A stretch of DNA of 64,000 nucleotides from Candidatus Marinacidobacterales bacterium (GTDB taxonomy: Bacteria > Acidobacteriota > Vicinamibacteria > Marinacidobacterales > SMYC01): NCBI GenBank assembly GCA_965237955.1, contig OZ250169.1, positions 5,184,001 to 5,248,000 of the forward strand. Reading direction: 5' to 3'. The notes under the pieces were generated by a model. It worked only from the letters and a program-made list of their open reading frames with translations. It was not told the origin of the DNA and made no database searches. Both the position numbers and the translations under genes were made by a program. This document shows, piece after piece, positions 31,925 through 41,328 of this stretch. Each line of letters starts with the position of its first letter. The first letter of the stretch is position 1.

Positions 31925-33239
31925 ATGTGGATTTCCTATCTCGCGCTCCTTCTTGCGGTCCAGTCGGCTCCGTTCGAAGTCGGCAGGCCCCGTCCCGGCT
32001 TTGACGCTTCCTTCGATCACCGACGGCAAGCCCATGTCCCTGGCCGAGTTTCGCGGCCGGAAGGTCATGCTGCACGTCTGGGCTTCCTGGTGAGCGGGCT
32101 GCCGTAAGCACGTGCCCGGGTGGCACGAGAAAACGAAGGCGCTGCAAGAGGCAGGCAAGCTCGAGTTGGTCGGCATTATCGAAGAGCAGCACCCCGATCG
32201 GACGCGCCTCTTCATGCAGTGGAAAGAGATGGGCTGGCCGCTCCTCATCGACTCGTTGAATCTTCTCGACGTGTCGGCTGTGCCTCTGACCTATCTCGTC
32301 GATGAAGGAGGGGTTGTCCGCTTCGAGCGGCCGAGCGACGAAGATCTCGAAATGTTTTTGGCCACCGACTACACGAGCGCGGATAATCATGCCCGGTCGC
32401 TGGATCCGGAACGTGACTCCCCGGAGCACGTGCTGCTCTGGGGCGACGACCGCGATGTGAGCGACGCGATCGCGGAACTCGGGCAACGAATCGGCGAGGC
32501 ACCCGAAGATTCCCGCGCGCACTTCCGTTTGGGTGTGGCTTATCGAAAGCGCTACGATTCGGCCGAGCGTCGCGCCGGGGATTTTCAGAAAGCTGTCGAG
32601 CAGTGGGTACGTGCACTCGAGCTCGACCCGAACCAATACATTTTTCGACGCCGCATCCAGCAGTACGGGCCCCGGCTCGACAAGCCCTATCCGTTCTACG
32701 ACTGGGTTCCCGAAGCGAGGGCGGCCGTCGAGGCGCGGGGTGAGACGTCCGTCGCCCTGCGCGTGGAGCCGCGCGGCGCCGAGTTCGCGAAGCCGCTGAA
32801 GTCTTTTGCCGCCAGTGCCGAGACCGGGGAATCACCCGATCCCGGCGGGCGCATCTTCCGTGACGAGCAACCTCTCATCGTCGCCGAATCCGTGGTCGTT
32901 CCCACGGTCATCGAGCCCGGCGAGAGCGCGCGGATCCATGTCGCCCTGAGGCCCGATCTCTCGCTGAAAGCCCACTGGAACAACGAGGTGGATGATCTCG
33001 TGTTCTGGGTCGATCCACCCGAAGGCTTTCGTGTCGATCGCCGCCAACACACGGTCGTGATTCCTCCGAAGCCCGTGAGCCAGGAGCTTCGCCAGATCGA
33101 GTTCGAGATCGCGAGCCCCGAAAATTTCACCGGAATGGCTACGCTCTCAGCGTACGCGCTCTACTACGTGTGCGAAGACGTCGACGGCACGTGCCTTTTC
33201 CGTCGCCAAGACGTGCACGTCGAGCTGAGCGTGAGGTAG
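31925..33239 (+). CDS. Probable secreted selenoprotein: TlpA-like thioredoxin (UxxC) + TPR + DsbD-alpha-like domain
   Basis: In-frame TGA 32091-32093 reads HVWASW-U-AGCR; SECIS-like hairpin downstream; the signal peptide from ATG 31925 needs one base removed in the C-run near 31990. Confidence 0.82.
32111..32127 (+). promoter_or_regulatory. Bacterial SECIS-like stem-loop
   Basis: CGTGCC-CGGGT-GGCACG starting 17 nt after the UGA; G/U-containing apical loop. Confidence 0.7.
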
Positions 33240-33304
33240 CTTTTCGTGAACGCGACGTCGGCGCTCCGGATGAGCTCGATCATCCTTAGAGCCGTAAAAG
33301 ACGT

Positions 33305-33934
33305 TCACTTCCACGCGAAGCGCGGCTGTTCGAAGTGGGCGACGCGCGTCGATCGCCCGTGTAGCAGAACCTCTCTCGTCTGATAGAGCATCGCGGCCGT
33401 GGGCGCCCAGACCGTCGTGCTCAGGAGCGGAATAGGGAAGCACATCAGAGGACGATCGCTCGTCTGTCCTTCGGTGATGCGGGGGACGCCGGGAGCATCG
33501 AGCACTTCGAGCGGCACGATGTGCGCCGCGTGAACCTCGACGGGATCGGGCGTAAGCTCGGGTCGATCCGGGCCCCAAACGACGACCGGGGTGATGACGA
33601 ATCCCGAGCGCGTCTGGAAATCGTCCAGGTGTCCGACGACACCATCACGATCGAGCTCGAGTCCGACCTCTTCTTTGACCTCTCGAAGTGCGGCTTCGAT
33701 GACGCTCTCGCCTTCATCCGTGCGTCCGCCCGGCAGTGCCCACTGTCCCGCGTGGCGCCGGAGGGTCAAGGGTCGCCGGGTGAGAATGAAAGAAGCATCG
33801 CCGTCTTCGTTGCCCACAAGCGTCACCGCGACCGCGGCGGGTACGAGATCGTGGTCGACGATTTCTCGACGCTCGAAGCTCTCCATCCGCTCGGTCACGC
33901 GCTGGCGAAAGCCGTCGTCGAAAGCGATGCGCAT
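33305..33934 (-). CDS. Nudix hydrolase, CoA pyrophosphatase-like
   Basis: LTRR...HAGQWALPGGRTDEGESVIEAALREVKEEVG. Confidence 0.92.
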   Translation of the reverse strand: MRIAFDDGFRQRVTERMESFERREIVDHDLVPAAVAVTLVGNEDGDASFILTRRPLTLRRHAGQWALPGGRTDEGESVIEAALREVKEEVGLELDRDGVVGHLDDFQTRSGFVITPVVVWGPDRPELTPDPVEVHAAHIVPLEVLDAPGVPRITEGQTSDRPLMCFPIPLLSTTVWAPTAAMLYQTREVLLHGRSTRVAHFEQPRFAWK

Positions 33935-35508
33935 TATTGAAAGAAGCCGAGGCTCCGAAGTTTTTCGAGCTCCTCCGAGCTCATACTTTCGGCAGCGGCG
34001 TCGTCGGTCGCGAGCTGGTTCTCGAGCGCCCATTTGTGCCAGCCGTCGAGTTGTTCGGCCAGCCGCTCGACGATCTCTGGATTCTCCTCGGCGACGTTTT
34101 TCTGATTCAACGGATCAGCACAATGGTCATAGAGCTCGAGCTCGGGAACCTCGACGCCGTCGGGCGCGCGGACATTGTGCACGAGCTTCCAACCGTCGAG
34201 GACGATGCTGAACGCATCGACGCGTCCACGTCCGATCGGCTCTGACGGTGGCGCCTTGTACTCCGAAATTGCTGGCCGGGTGCGAAACGCGGCCGTTTCA
34301 CCCGACGCCGACATGAGCGGCACCAGCTCGATGGGTACTGGCATCAGATTCCACGTGAATCGACTCAGCTCGTCCTTGTGCTTCCACAGGACCTCGCGCT
34401 CCCAGCTGCCATCGCCGGTGAGACGATAACGCCTCACGTCTTTTTGGTCGTCGCTCGCCACATACAGCTCGTCGCGCCCGTCACCGTCGAGATCGAGAAG
34501 GATGGAGGCATGCTCGAATCCCGAAGAATCCGAAGCGATCAGCTCCTTGGTCCAGCTGTCTCCGGATTCCGGCCGGAGTAACCAAAGGCCTTTCTTGTTC
34601 GTAGCCGCAACGATTTCCTTGTCCCCATCCCCATCCACGTCGCCCGCGGTGAGGAAACGGCAGAGACGATCGTCGATCGTCGTAACGACGTTTCTCTCCG
34701 CTGGGTCGGTATCGGCGTCGTAGCGGCGGATCTCGACGCTACCGCCCGCCACGCCTTCCACGGAGACGTAGAGCTCGTCGCGCCCGTCGCCATCGACGTC
34801 GGCAACTAGAATCTCTTTCGCATGACGATTGCCGAGGTCCGCCACCTCGACGCGACCCTCCGATTTGGCAGGGACGTATCGCACGACCCGCCCGGCCTGC
34901 GGCGTGCCGTCGAGTTTGTTCGGTGCGGTGGGCGTTGCGTAGATTTCGATCGTACCGTCTCCATCGAGATCTCCCAGCTCGATTTCGTGCACGACGGTGT
35001 TCGGCTCGCGGTCCAGTTCCTCGACCGAGAATCCACCATTGCCATCGGGTTTCAAGACGGCGACCACGCCCTGGTCGTGGGTTGCGACCGCGATCGCGGC
35101 GGTGCCGTCGCCGTATATATCGCCCACCTCGGCGTCGCGCATGCGGCTGAACTTCCCACCGAAGTCGGCTTCCCAGAGGGTCTCGACATCTCCGGATGGA
35201 GACCGGAGCTTGACCGCGGCCTTGGTGCCTCCGAAAGTCAGCACTCCGGAAGCCTGATAGGCCATCGCCTTGTGAACGACGTTGCTGTCGCCGTCTTCGA
35301 AATATCGGTAGCCCCACTCGGTTCCGACATACGTGAGAACCCCGACGCGACCCGGAAGCGGCTTGGGTGAGCCGTTGTCGTTCTCACCGAGGGCGGCCAT
35401 GCTGAGGAGAAGCGCCTGGTCGTAAGCTTTGTCAGACGGAGTCGGAGCTCCGCATCCGAACATCACGAGAACGACCGCGGCGGCGCCGAGGCGGTTAGGA
35501 CCGTGCAT
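33934..35508 (-). CDS. FG-GAP/VCBS-repeat lipoprotein fused to a sulfatase-like C-terminal tail
   Basis: Lipobox MFGC; repeated GDxDGDG motifs; tail DGWKLVHN...ELYD...DP..KNVAEENPEIV...LRSLGF. Confidence 0.75.
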   Translation of the reverse strand: MHGPNRLGAAAVVLVMFGCGAPTPSDKAYDQALLLSMAALGENDNGSPKPLPGRVGVLTYVGTEWGYRYFEDGDSNVVHKAMAYQASGVLTFGGTKAAVKLRSPSGDVETLWEADFGGKFSRMRDAEVGDIYGDGTAAIAVATHDQGVVAVLKPDGNGGFSVEELDREPNTVVHEIELGDLDGDGTIEIYATPTAPNKLDGTPQAGRVVRYVPAKSEGRVEVADLGNRHAKEILVADVDGDGRDELYVSVEGVAGGSVEIRRYDADTDPAERNVVTTIDDRLCRFLTAGDVDGDGDKEIVAATNKKGLWLLRPESGDSWTKELIASDSSGFEHASILLDLDGDGRDELYVASDDQKDVRRYRLTGDGSWEREVLWKHKDELSRFTWNLMPVPIELVPLMSASGETAAFRTRPAISEYKAPPSEPIGRGRVDAFSIVLDGWKLVHNVRAPDGVEVPELELYDHCADPLNQKNVAEENPEIVERLAEQLDGWHKWALENQLATDDAAAESMSSEELEKLRSLGFFQ

Positions 35509-35579
35509 GGCCCGGGACCATATCACGTGGTGATGGACAGAGAGTCCTCTTCGACGGGTTGGCGGGAAACGTGATGAAG

Positions 35580-36068
35580 ATGCGCGAAATCAGAGCTCGC
35601 GGAGGAAGAAGAGCTCGCCACACCCGCGTCCCGCAGTGTCGACGCCTATGATTTCTACATGCAAGGCGCGCACGTCATGCAGGAGGGCACCGAGGAGGCG
35701 ACCAACGTCGCGTTTCAGTGCTTCACTCGCGCTATCGAGCTCGATCCGAATCTGGCCGAGGCCCACGTGGGCCTCGGTGCGGTGTATGAAGCCCGCTATT
35801 GGTTCCGTTGGGGCGGTGGTCTCACGAATCTTGACCAGGCGGCCGCGAGCTACGAGAGGGCGGTTCAGTCGAATCCAGCGTCGATGAGAGCGCACCGGAG
35901 GCCTCATCATGGTGCATAACTACAGAGGGCGCGTGCCCGGGAGTATTACGGGAAAGCGACGGCGGCGTTTCTTGATGCTGGGCTCTTCTTTGATCAGCTC
36001 GGAGAGCGGGAACGTCCAGAGGAAGCGTGGCGTCGGCGCGTGGAGATGGTTTCTCGGCGACTTCTGGC
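35580..36068 (+). pseudogene. Fragment of a TPR-tailed signalling gene whose C-terminus now lies inverted at 36632-36962
   Basis: DAYDFYMQG...AIELDPNLAEAHVGLG...EEAWRR.VEMVSRRLLA; no start, several frame breaks. Confidence 0.7.
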
Positions 36069-36619
36069 TCCACCTGCGCAGGCTCACACCGACACCGCAA
36101 GCAAGAGTCACGCCTCCCGAGCCCAAGCCTGCTGCCCCGAGCACCTCGATGGACTACGAAATCAAGGAAGACGAGTCCAAAGGGACGAGCCACGAGCAAG
36201 AGATGCGACGGATGAAGCAAAGCGGCGGCGAGTCGCGGCTCCTGCGCGACGTGAAGCTTCACTTCAGAATGCGGGATTGGCAAGGGGCGGTTCCGCTACT
36301 CGAGCAGCTCGTCGCGATCTCACCCGGAAAGGCTTTCTACCGCGGCATGCTCGCACGCGCCATGTCGCGCGACCCGGCGACGCGCAAGGACGCCGAGGAA
36401 CATTTCATCGAAGCCTTGAGACTCGCCCCTCAAGACCCGGAGCTCCACTACTGGCTCGGCCTCTACTACAAATCCTTCGGCCTCAAGTCGCGCGCGATCA
36501 CAGAATTCCGCACCACGCTGCGCATCAACCCGAAACACGAAGGCGCGCGCAAGCAGTTGGGCGGCGGCCGCAAAAAAGACGACGCGCTCGGCAACGTGTT
36601 GAAGAAGCTCTTCGGCTAG
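36069..36619 (+). pseudogene. Displaced Pro-rich linker and TPR C-terminus of the DUF4388 gene
   Basis: TPPEPKPAAP...AEEHFIEALRLAPQDPELHYWLGLYY...LKKLFG; no credible own start. Confidence 0.65.
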
Positions 36620-36631
36620 CGTCAACGGGTC

Positions 36632-38605
36632 TCAATACGTCTCCCGAAGACGCCGCTCCAGCGCCTCGTACTCTCGGTGAAATTCGTCCAGTGCCTCGAA
36701 GGCTGGAAGCGAGACGCCAGCGAGCTCGAAAGGCCGTTCCCAAAGGGGAGAGATTCCACCCAGCCGCACGGTGTGGCGCAGCAGCTCTACGGCCCGATCT
36801 GTCTCTCCTAGTTTTGCTGCTACAGCGGCGAGAATGTAGAAGTCACCGGCATTGAAACCAGATGAGACGAGTCTTTCTTCCTCGGCCAAGAAGGAAGCGC
36901 GTTCCCCAAGAAGCCCGTAAAAACAGGCGAGAAGCGAGCGCGTGCGAATGTCATCGGGGTATGCAGGCGGCGTCTCCTCAGCCTCCGGGAGCTCCTGTTC
37001 CTCGATTTCGAGCTCGAGCTCGATTTCGAGGTCTTGGCTGAGCTCGACCTCTTCGATTGGAATCTGGCGCAACATGGAAATCTCGTCGTTGCCGGAGCGC
37101 TCTCCTTGGATGAAGAGCTCGCTGTCCATGTCGGGCAGCGGTTCGTCATCGATATCCGATCCGAGGTCGAGCGATTGACTCGTGTCGAGCGGTTCGTCTT
37201 CAGGCGGTTCCGGGGAATCCATGATGGACCACGATGGCGGCTCCATCATTTCGGATCGCGGTTCGGATGCTGGTGGCTCGGGTGCGCGATCTTCGTCGAT
37301 CACAGCGGACGACGTGCTCTTGTCGGAGTCGTCCTTCATCGACCAAGACGGGACCCCCATGGTGTCGCTCTCATCGGCCGGTTGGTCGGTTTCGTCGCTC
37401 TTCAAAGACCAAGAGGGAGCATCTACGCTTTCGACGGCTGGCTTCTCTTCGCGAGCTTCCTCCGAGTCGTCTTTGAGGGCCCACGACGGCGCGCCGACGC
37501 TTTCGATCTGGGAGGGTTCGGCAGCGGGAACGGGCTCTGGCGCAGGCGCCGAAGGCTCGACTACGACAGGAGGTGGAGCCTTCGGTGGCGGGATCTTCTG
37601 CTCGGGTTTTTCCAGTGCAGTCTTTCGAGAACCTCGGAACCATCCCCGAACGGTATTCCACAGCCGGGCGAACCAATCGTAGACATCGCCGAGCGTGAAT
37701 CCTTCCGAAGCTTCGACCTGGGTCTCCTGCGGCTCGACATCGCGTTCGAATCGCGCGGGCGGTTCGGGTGCCTCGACTTTGTGCCGGATCTCGGAGAGAA
37801 CAAACGTACCGGTTTCTTCTTGTACCTGCAGCAGGCGGCGCCGCCGATCGGTCTCGACGGGCTCGAGGATGCCGCCGGACAGAAGTCCGTAGCAAGCTCG
37901 AAGCGCGACGCCTTCGTGACCACCCACGATCTCAACGATGTCCTGAATCGTCGCGCCGTTTTTTGCCGCGCGCAGCATCGATTTTTCCTCGGGACGAAGC
38001 TTGTCGACATCCAGCGTGAACGGAGGCTGGTCGACGATTTTCACTTCGGTATCGAGCGGCGGCAGACCTGCGAGGACGAGTGATTTGCGCGACATGCGAC
38101 GAACGCCTTCGATCAGGATGCGATACACCGAGAGGCTCACCATCAGCTCGACCGGTATGCTGCAAGGGCGTTCGTCGAAGCGGTAGTCACCCCGCTTCGC
38201 CACGAACAACGAGAGAACGATCCGATTCACTTGGGCGGCAACGTAGCGACCGAGCTCCTCCTCGGGAACAATTCCGGCTTCGACGAGCACTGCTCCGAAC
38301 TTTTGCTTTGTCGTCTTCATCAGCATGCTGGCAAGGGCGAACTCGTGGCGTGAAATCCGTCCCCCCTCGATCATGCTCTCTCCGAGCCGATCGGTCTTCC
38401 GATTGCTCGATGATGCGAACACGACGAAGCCCCGGTCGAAGTAGATCGTCTTGATAAAGGAGGGGCCGGTGATTTGGAGGTCGCCGCTGTGCTCCTCGAC
38501 CGCGATGCGGCGGAGTACTTCGGCCAGAGGCGTGTGGGCGAGACCGCCCTCGAGGCGCACTGAGATGCCCGAGCGGCCGCCGCTATTGGTACTCGCGGTC
38601 GTCAT
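36632..38605 (-). CDS. DUF4388-domain protein with acidic linker and chimeric C-terminus
   Basis: LEGGLAHTPLAEVLRRI...KTIYFDRGFVVFASS...RLGE; repeated PSWS(L/M)KDD motifs. Confidence 0.8.
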   Translation of the reverse strand: MTTASTNSGGRSGISVRLEGGLAHTPLAEVLRRIAVEEHSGDLQITGPSFIKTIYFDRGFVVFASSSNRKTDRLGESMIEGGRISRHEFALASMLMKTTKQKFGAVLVEAGIVPEEELGRYVAAQVNRIVLSLFVAKRGDYRFDERPCSIPVELMVSLSVYRILIEGVRRMSRKSLVLAGLPPLDTEVKIVDQPPFTLDVDKLRPEEKSMLRAAKNGATIQDIVEIVGGHEGVALRACYGLLSGGILEPVETDRRRRLLQVQEETGTFVLSEIRHKVEAPEPPARFERDVEPQETQVEASEGFTLGDVYDWFARLWNTVRGWFRGSRKTALEKPEQKIPPPKAPPPVVVEPSAPAPEPVPAAEPSQIESVGAPSWALKDDSEEAREEKPAVESVDAPSWSLKSDETDQPADESDTMGVPSWSMKDDSDKSTSSAVIDEDRAPEPPASEPRSEMMEPPSWSIMDSPEPPEDEPLDTSQSLDLGSDIDDEPLPDMDSELFIQGERSGNDEISMLRQIPIEEVELSQDLEIELELEIEEQELPEAEETPPAYPDDIRTRSLLACFYGLLGERASFLAEEERLVSSGFNAGDFYILAAVAAKLGETDRAVELLRHTVRLGGISPLWERPFELAGVSLPAFEALDEFHREYEALERRLRETY

Positions 38606-38715
38606 CGATGATTCGTTTGTGGCGCAGCATGCATGTTATACGAGCTGGACTACAAGGGAAAAGGACCCCAAGTGGAATTTCGGATCAGCGCGTGGCCGGC
38701 AAGTTGTGCGGCCAG

Positions 38716-38935
38716 TCATTCGCGTTCGTCCGTCACCACGTCCATCACCCAGATGTCGCCGAGATCCTCCTCCCAAGTGAAGTAGAGGTACTGGCCATCT
38801 GTGGCGAGCGCGTAGACTCCCGGATTGCCTCGCTTTCCACTGAAATCGCTCAACGGTCGCTCCGCTTCGTCCTCGAGAGACACGACCCAGATATCGCTCA
38901 GGCCCAGGAAGTAGATCGCCGTCCCATCGCGTGAC
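38716..38935 (-). pseudogene. C-terminal beta-propeller remnant of a kinase/TolB-like gene
   Basis: SRDGTAIYF...LATDGQYLYFTWEEDLGDIWVMDV; no N-terminus. Confidence 0.65.
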
Positions 38936-39020
38936 GAATAACACCGATGGTGCATCTGTGTTCTTGGCATCGCGCGCAAAGCACCCAAAAACGTTACGCG
39001 GGCCCTTTGGTTAGACGGCG

Positions 39021-39611
39021 TCAGCGGGTCTGCGTGAGTCGTGCGTGGAACGCAATGCCCTTCCAAAGGTTCTGGCGCTGCTCCACACTCAGCTTTTTCA
39101 GGTTCACTTCTAGGGTCTCGCCGCTGACAAGAACGATCTCCATCCGGTGCCACTCGGGCAGCTCGTAGGTCGGTCCGCGAGACTGAAAGGCTGCGGGCAT
39201 CTCCGGCCTCGCGTCGAGCTCGTTCGCCCAGGTCTGTCCCTCCACTGCGAACCCCTCGATCCTCTCCCACGGAATCTCCTTGCCCACTCCGGGCGGCACC
39301 TGTACGAAGAGCCCGTCTTTACGCACGTCGACGCGATACCAGAAAAGCGTCATCACGCTCGTCAGTAGGAGAAGGCCGGCAAAGCCGTAGAGCGCCCACG
39401 CGAGCAACCTGGCCCGCTCGCTCTTTTTCCATCCTGATGCGACCCACCATCCAACTCCGGCCGCGACACCCACGCGGAGGACTACGATGAAATAGTTGAA
39501 GCCGTTATCGAAGTGAAAGACGAGGTCTTGGGGCAACCTGCCTTCCTGTTCGGAGATCATGCAGCCCGCGGTTCCAAAAAGAAGGAAAGGCAACAAGGCA
39601 AAAAGTTTCAT
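39021..39611 (-). CDS. Hypothetical membrane (lipo)protein
   Basis: MKLFALLPFLLFGTAGC, two TM helices, IPWERI soluble domain. Confidence 0.65.
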   Translation of the reverse strand: MKLFALLPFLLFGTAGCMISEQEGRLPQDLVFHFDNGFNYFIVVLRVGVAAGVGWWVASGWKKSERARLLAWALYGFAGLLLLTSVMTLFWYRVDVRKDGLFVQVPPGVGKEIPWERIEGFAVEGQTWANELDARPEMPAAFQSRGPTYELPEWHRMEIVLVSGETLEVNLKKLSVEQRQNLWKGIAFHARLTQTR

Positions 39612-39857
39612 CGGGCAATCGTGCCTCAAAGGGATGCCTCCAGAGTACGGACCGATTCGGCGCGAGTCAATCGATCGACTTTCGTCGTTGAGACCGCTAA
39701 TCCTGTCGGTAAAATCCCAGCGTTGGAGATACGAGACGAGTCTCGCACATACGAAGAAATCAACCCCGACCAGCGGGTTCGAGCACCAGGCGCGTCGACG
39801 AATCTAGATCTAGATATTTCGACCCGCCTTGCGCGGCGCGCCTGTCGAGGGAGCGCA

Positions 39858-40970
39858 TCATAATAACCGGGGGGCTTCGCGACGCCTGCGCCGTTCATCA
39901 ATCTTGCGCTGGATGAAAGCCGCCCCGTAGACGCGCTCCGCGGCTAATCCGTTGTGGTGGGCGCAGAGGATTTGAAGTAATCGCTCGTCGTTGCTGCGAA
40001 AGATGCCAAACGGCCGCACATGCTCAATTTGAAGTCCGGTGCGTGAGCTACATCGTGTCCTGTCAAAGGCGTAAAAATTGGCATTGGTAGTTGGCGCGAT
40101 CGTGCACCCGCTCCGAAACATCGGAGGCGATGTAGCGGGACTTGGCTGGCTCGTCGTTTTTCGCAATCTCGTTTAAACGAGATTTTGCTTTCGATGAGTT
40201 TTCGCGCTTATTCCGCCGCTCGAGCTTTTTTTTCGGGTCTTTTTTCTCGAGGGTGATGTCGAGGGCCTTCTCGAGAATATCCGCCATGTGTTTTTGAGCA
40301 TTCTCAACACCGAGAACTTCGGCGAGTCGCTCGAACTTGTCCTTGAAGTCGCGATCGGCCGAGAACCTGAAATTGTACTCGTCAGCTCTGGCCGGCTGGA
40401 GAATGGGTGGCGAGCTCTTCGGCGGCGTTTGCTCGAGCGGAGGTTCTGGAGCCTTCGGGGTGAGGTTGTCTTTTTTGGGTTGTTGCGGTGGCGCTGCCGG
40501 CTTGTGACCGGACGGGCGCTTACGGATCGACGGCTCGAAGACGGGCTTCGGCCTGAGCGTCACGAGGTATTCCTCTGTCTCCTTGCGCGTCATCTCCGGA
40601 CAGAAATCAGCTTGTCGACGTTGTTCTCGCTGACGTGAGCGGCGAGGAGACTCGCGACGGTGAGACTGATACGGTTTTCAGCCAAGGCGACCAGTAGCTG
40701 GGGGAACCGGCGCGAAACGTTCGCCACGTGAATCCGCGCGGGCACGGCGCCTTCACTCAAGTTGAGGCGCCGTATGCAATAGTCGAACAGATTCTTGTAG
40801 CCCAGCTCGAGCACCACCTTCCGAGCCGACATCTCGGCGATGTGAGCGATGAGCTTGGCGATGTTCCCGTTCTCGGCCACAACCAGTTTTTTGGCAGAAC
40901 GATCGGGCGCGGTGCTAGACAAACGTTCGAGCTTTACGAAGTAGCTCTTGAATTGTTCGATCATTGTCAT
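39858..40970 (-). pseudogene. HNH endonuclease gene (same family as 21053-21861), split over three frames
   Basis: LGYKNLFDYCIRRLNLSE; YNFRFSADRDFKDKFER; SRYIASDV...RANYQCQF; LQIEHVRPF...LCAHHN. Confidence 0.82.
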
Positions 40971-41289
40971 TTGTCTTCCTCTCCCCTCAGTAATGGATTA
41001 TACTCTCGGCTTCTTGCGCACCCAGAGACGGCGCTGGAAGACCTAAACTCGATCGATTCGAAACTAAATCAAAACTGCGCTACGAATGCGCCACAAGGCG
41101 CACCTTGCGTGCCTGAACGAGGTTGTACGAGACGAAGTCATCTCGAGCAATCTTGCGCCGCTAAAGCTGTCAAGCTTTTTTTTGCTTTATTTGACGTGTG
41201 CAGCACGTCCTGACATAAGATGAGATTTTACCGACAGGATCAGCGGGTTCGAGCACTAGAGTGCTGAGCGCGGTCTTGCTGAGCAAGTC

Positions 41290-41311
41290 CCTCTCCCCCT
41301 TGGGGGAGAGG
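41290..41311. repeat. REP-like GC hairpin downstream of pbpC
   Basis: CCTCTCCCCC-TT-GGGGGAGAGG. Confidence 0.55.
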
Positions 41312-41328
41312 TTAAGACGGGTTAGAGG

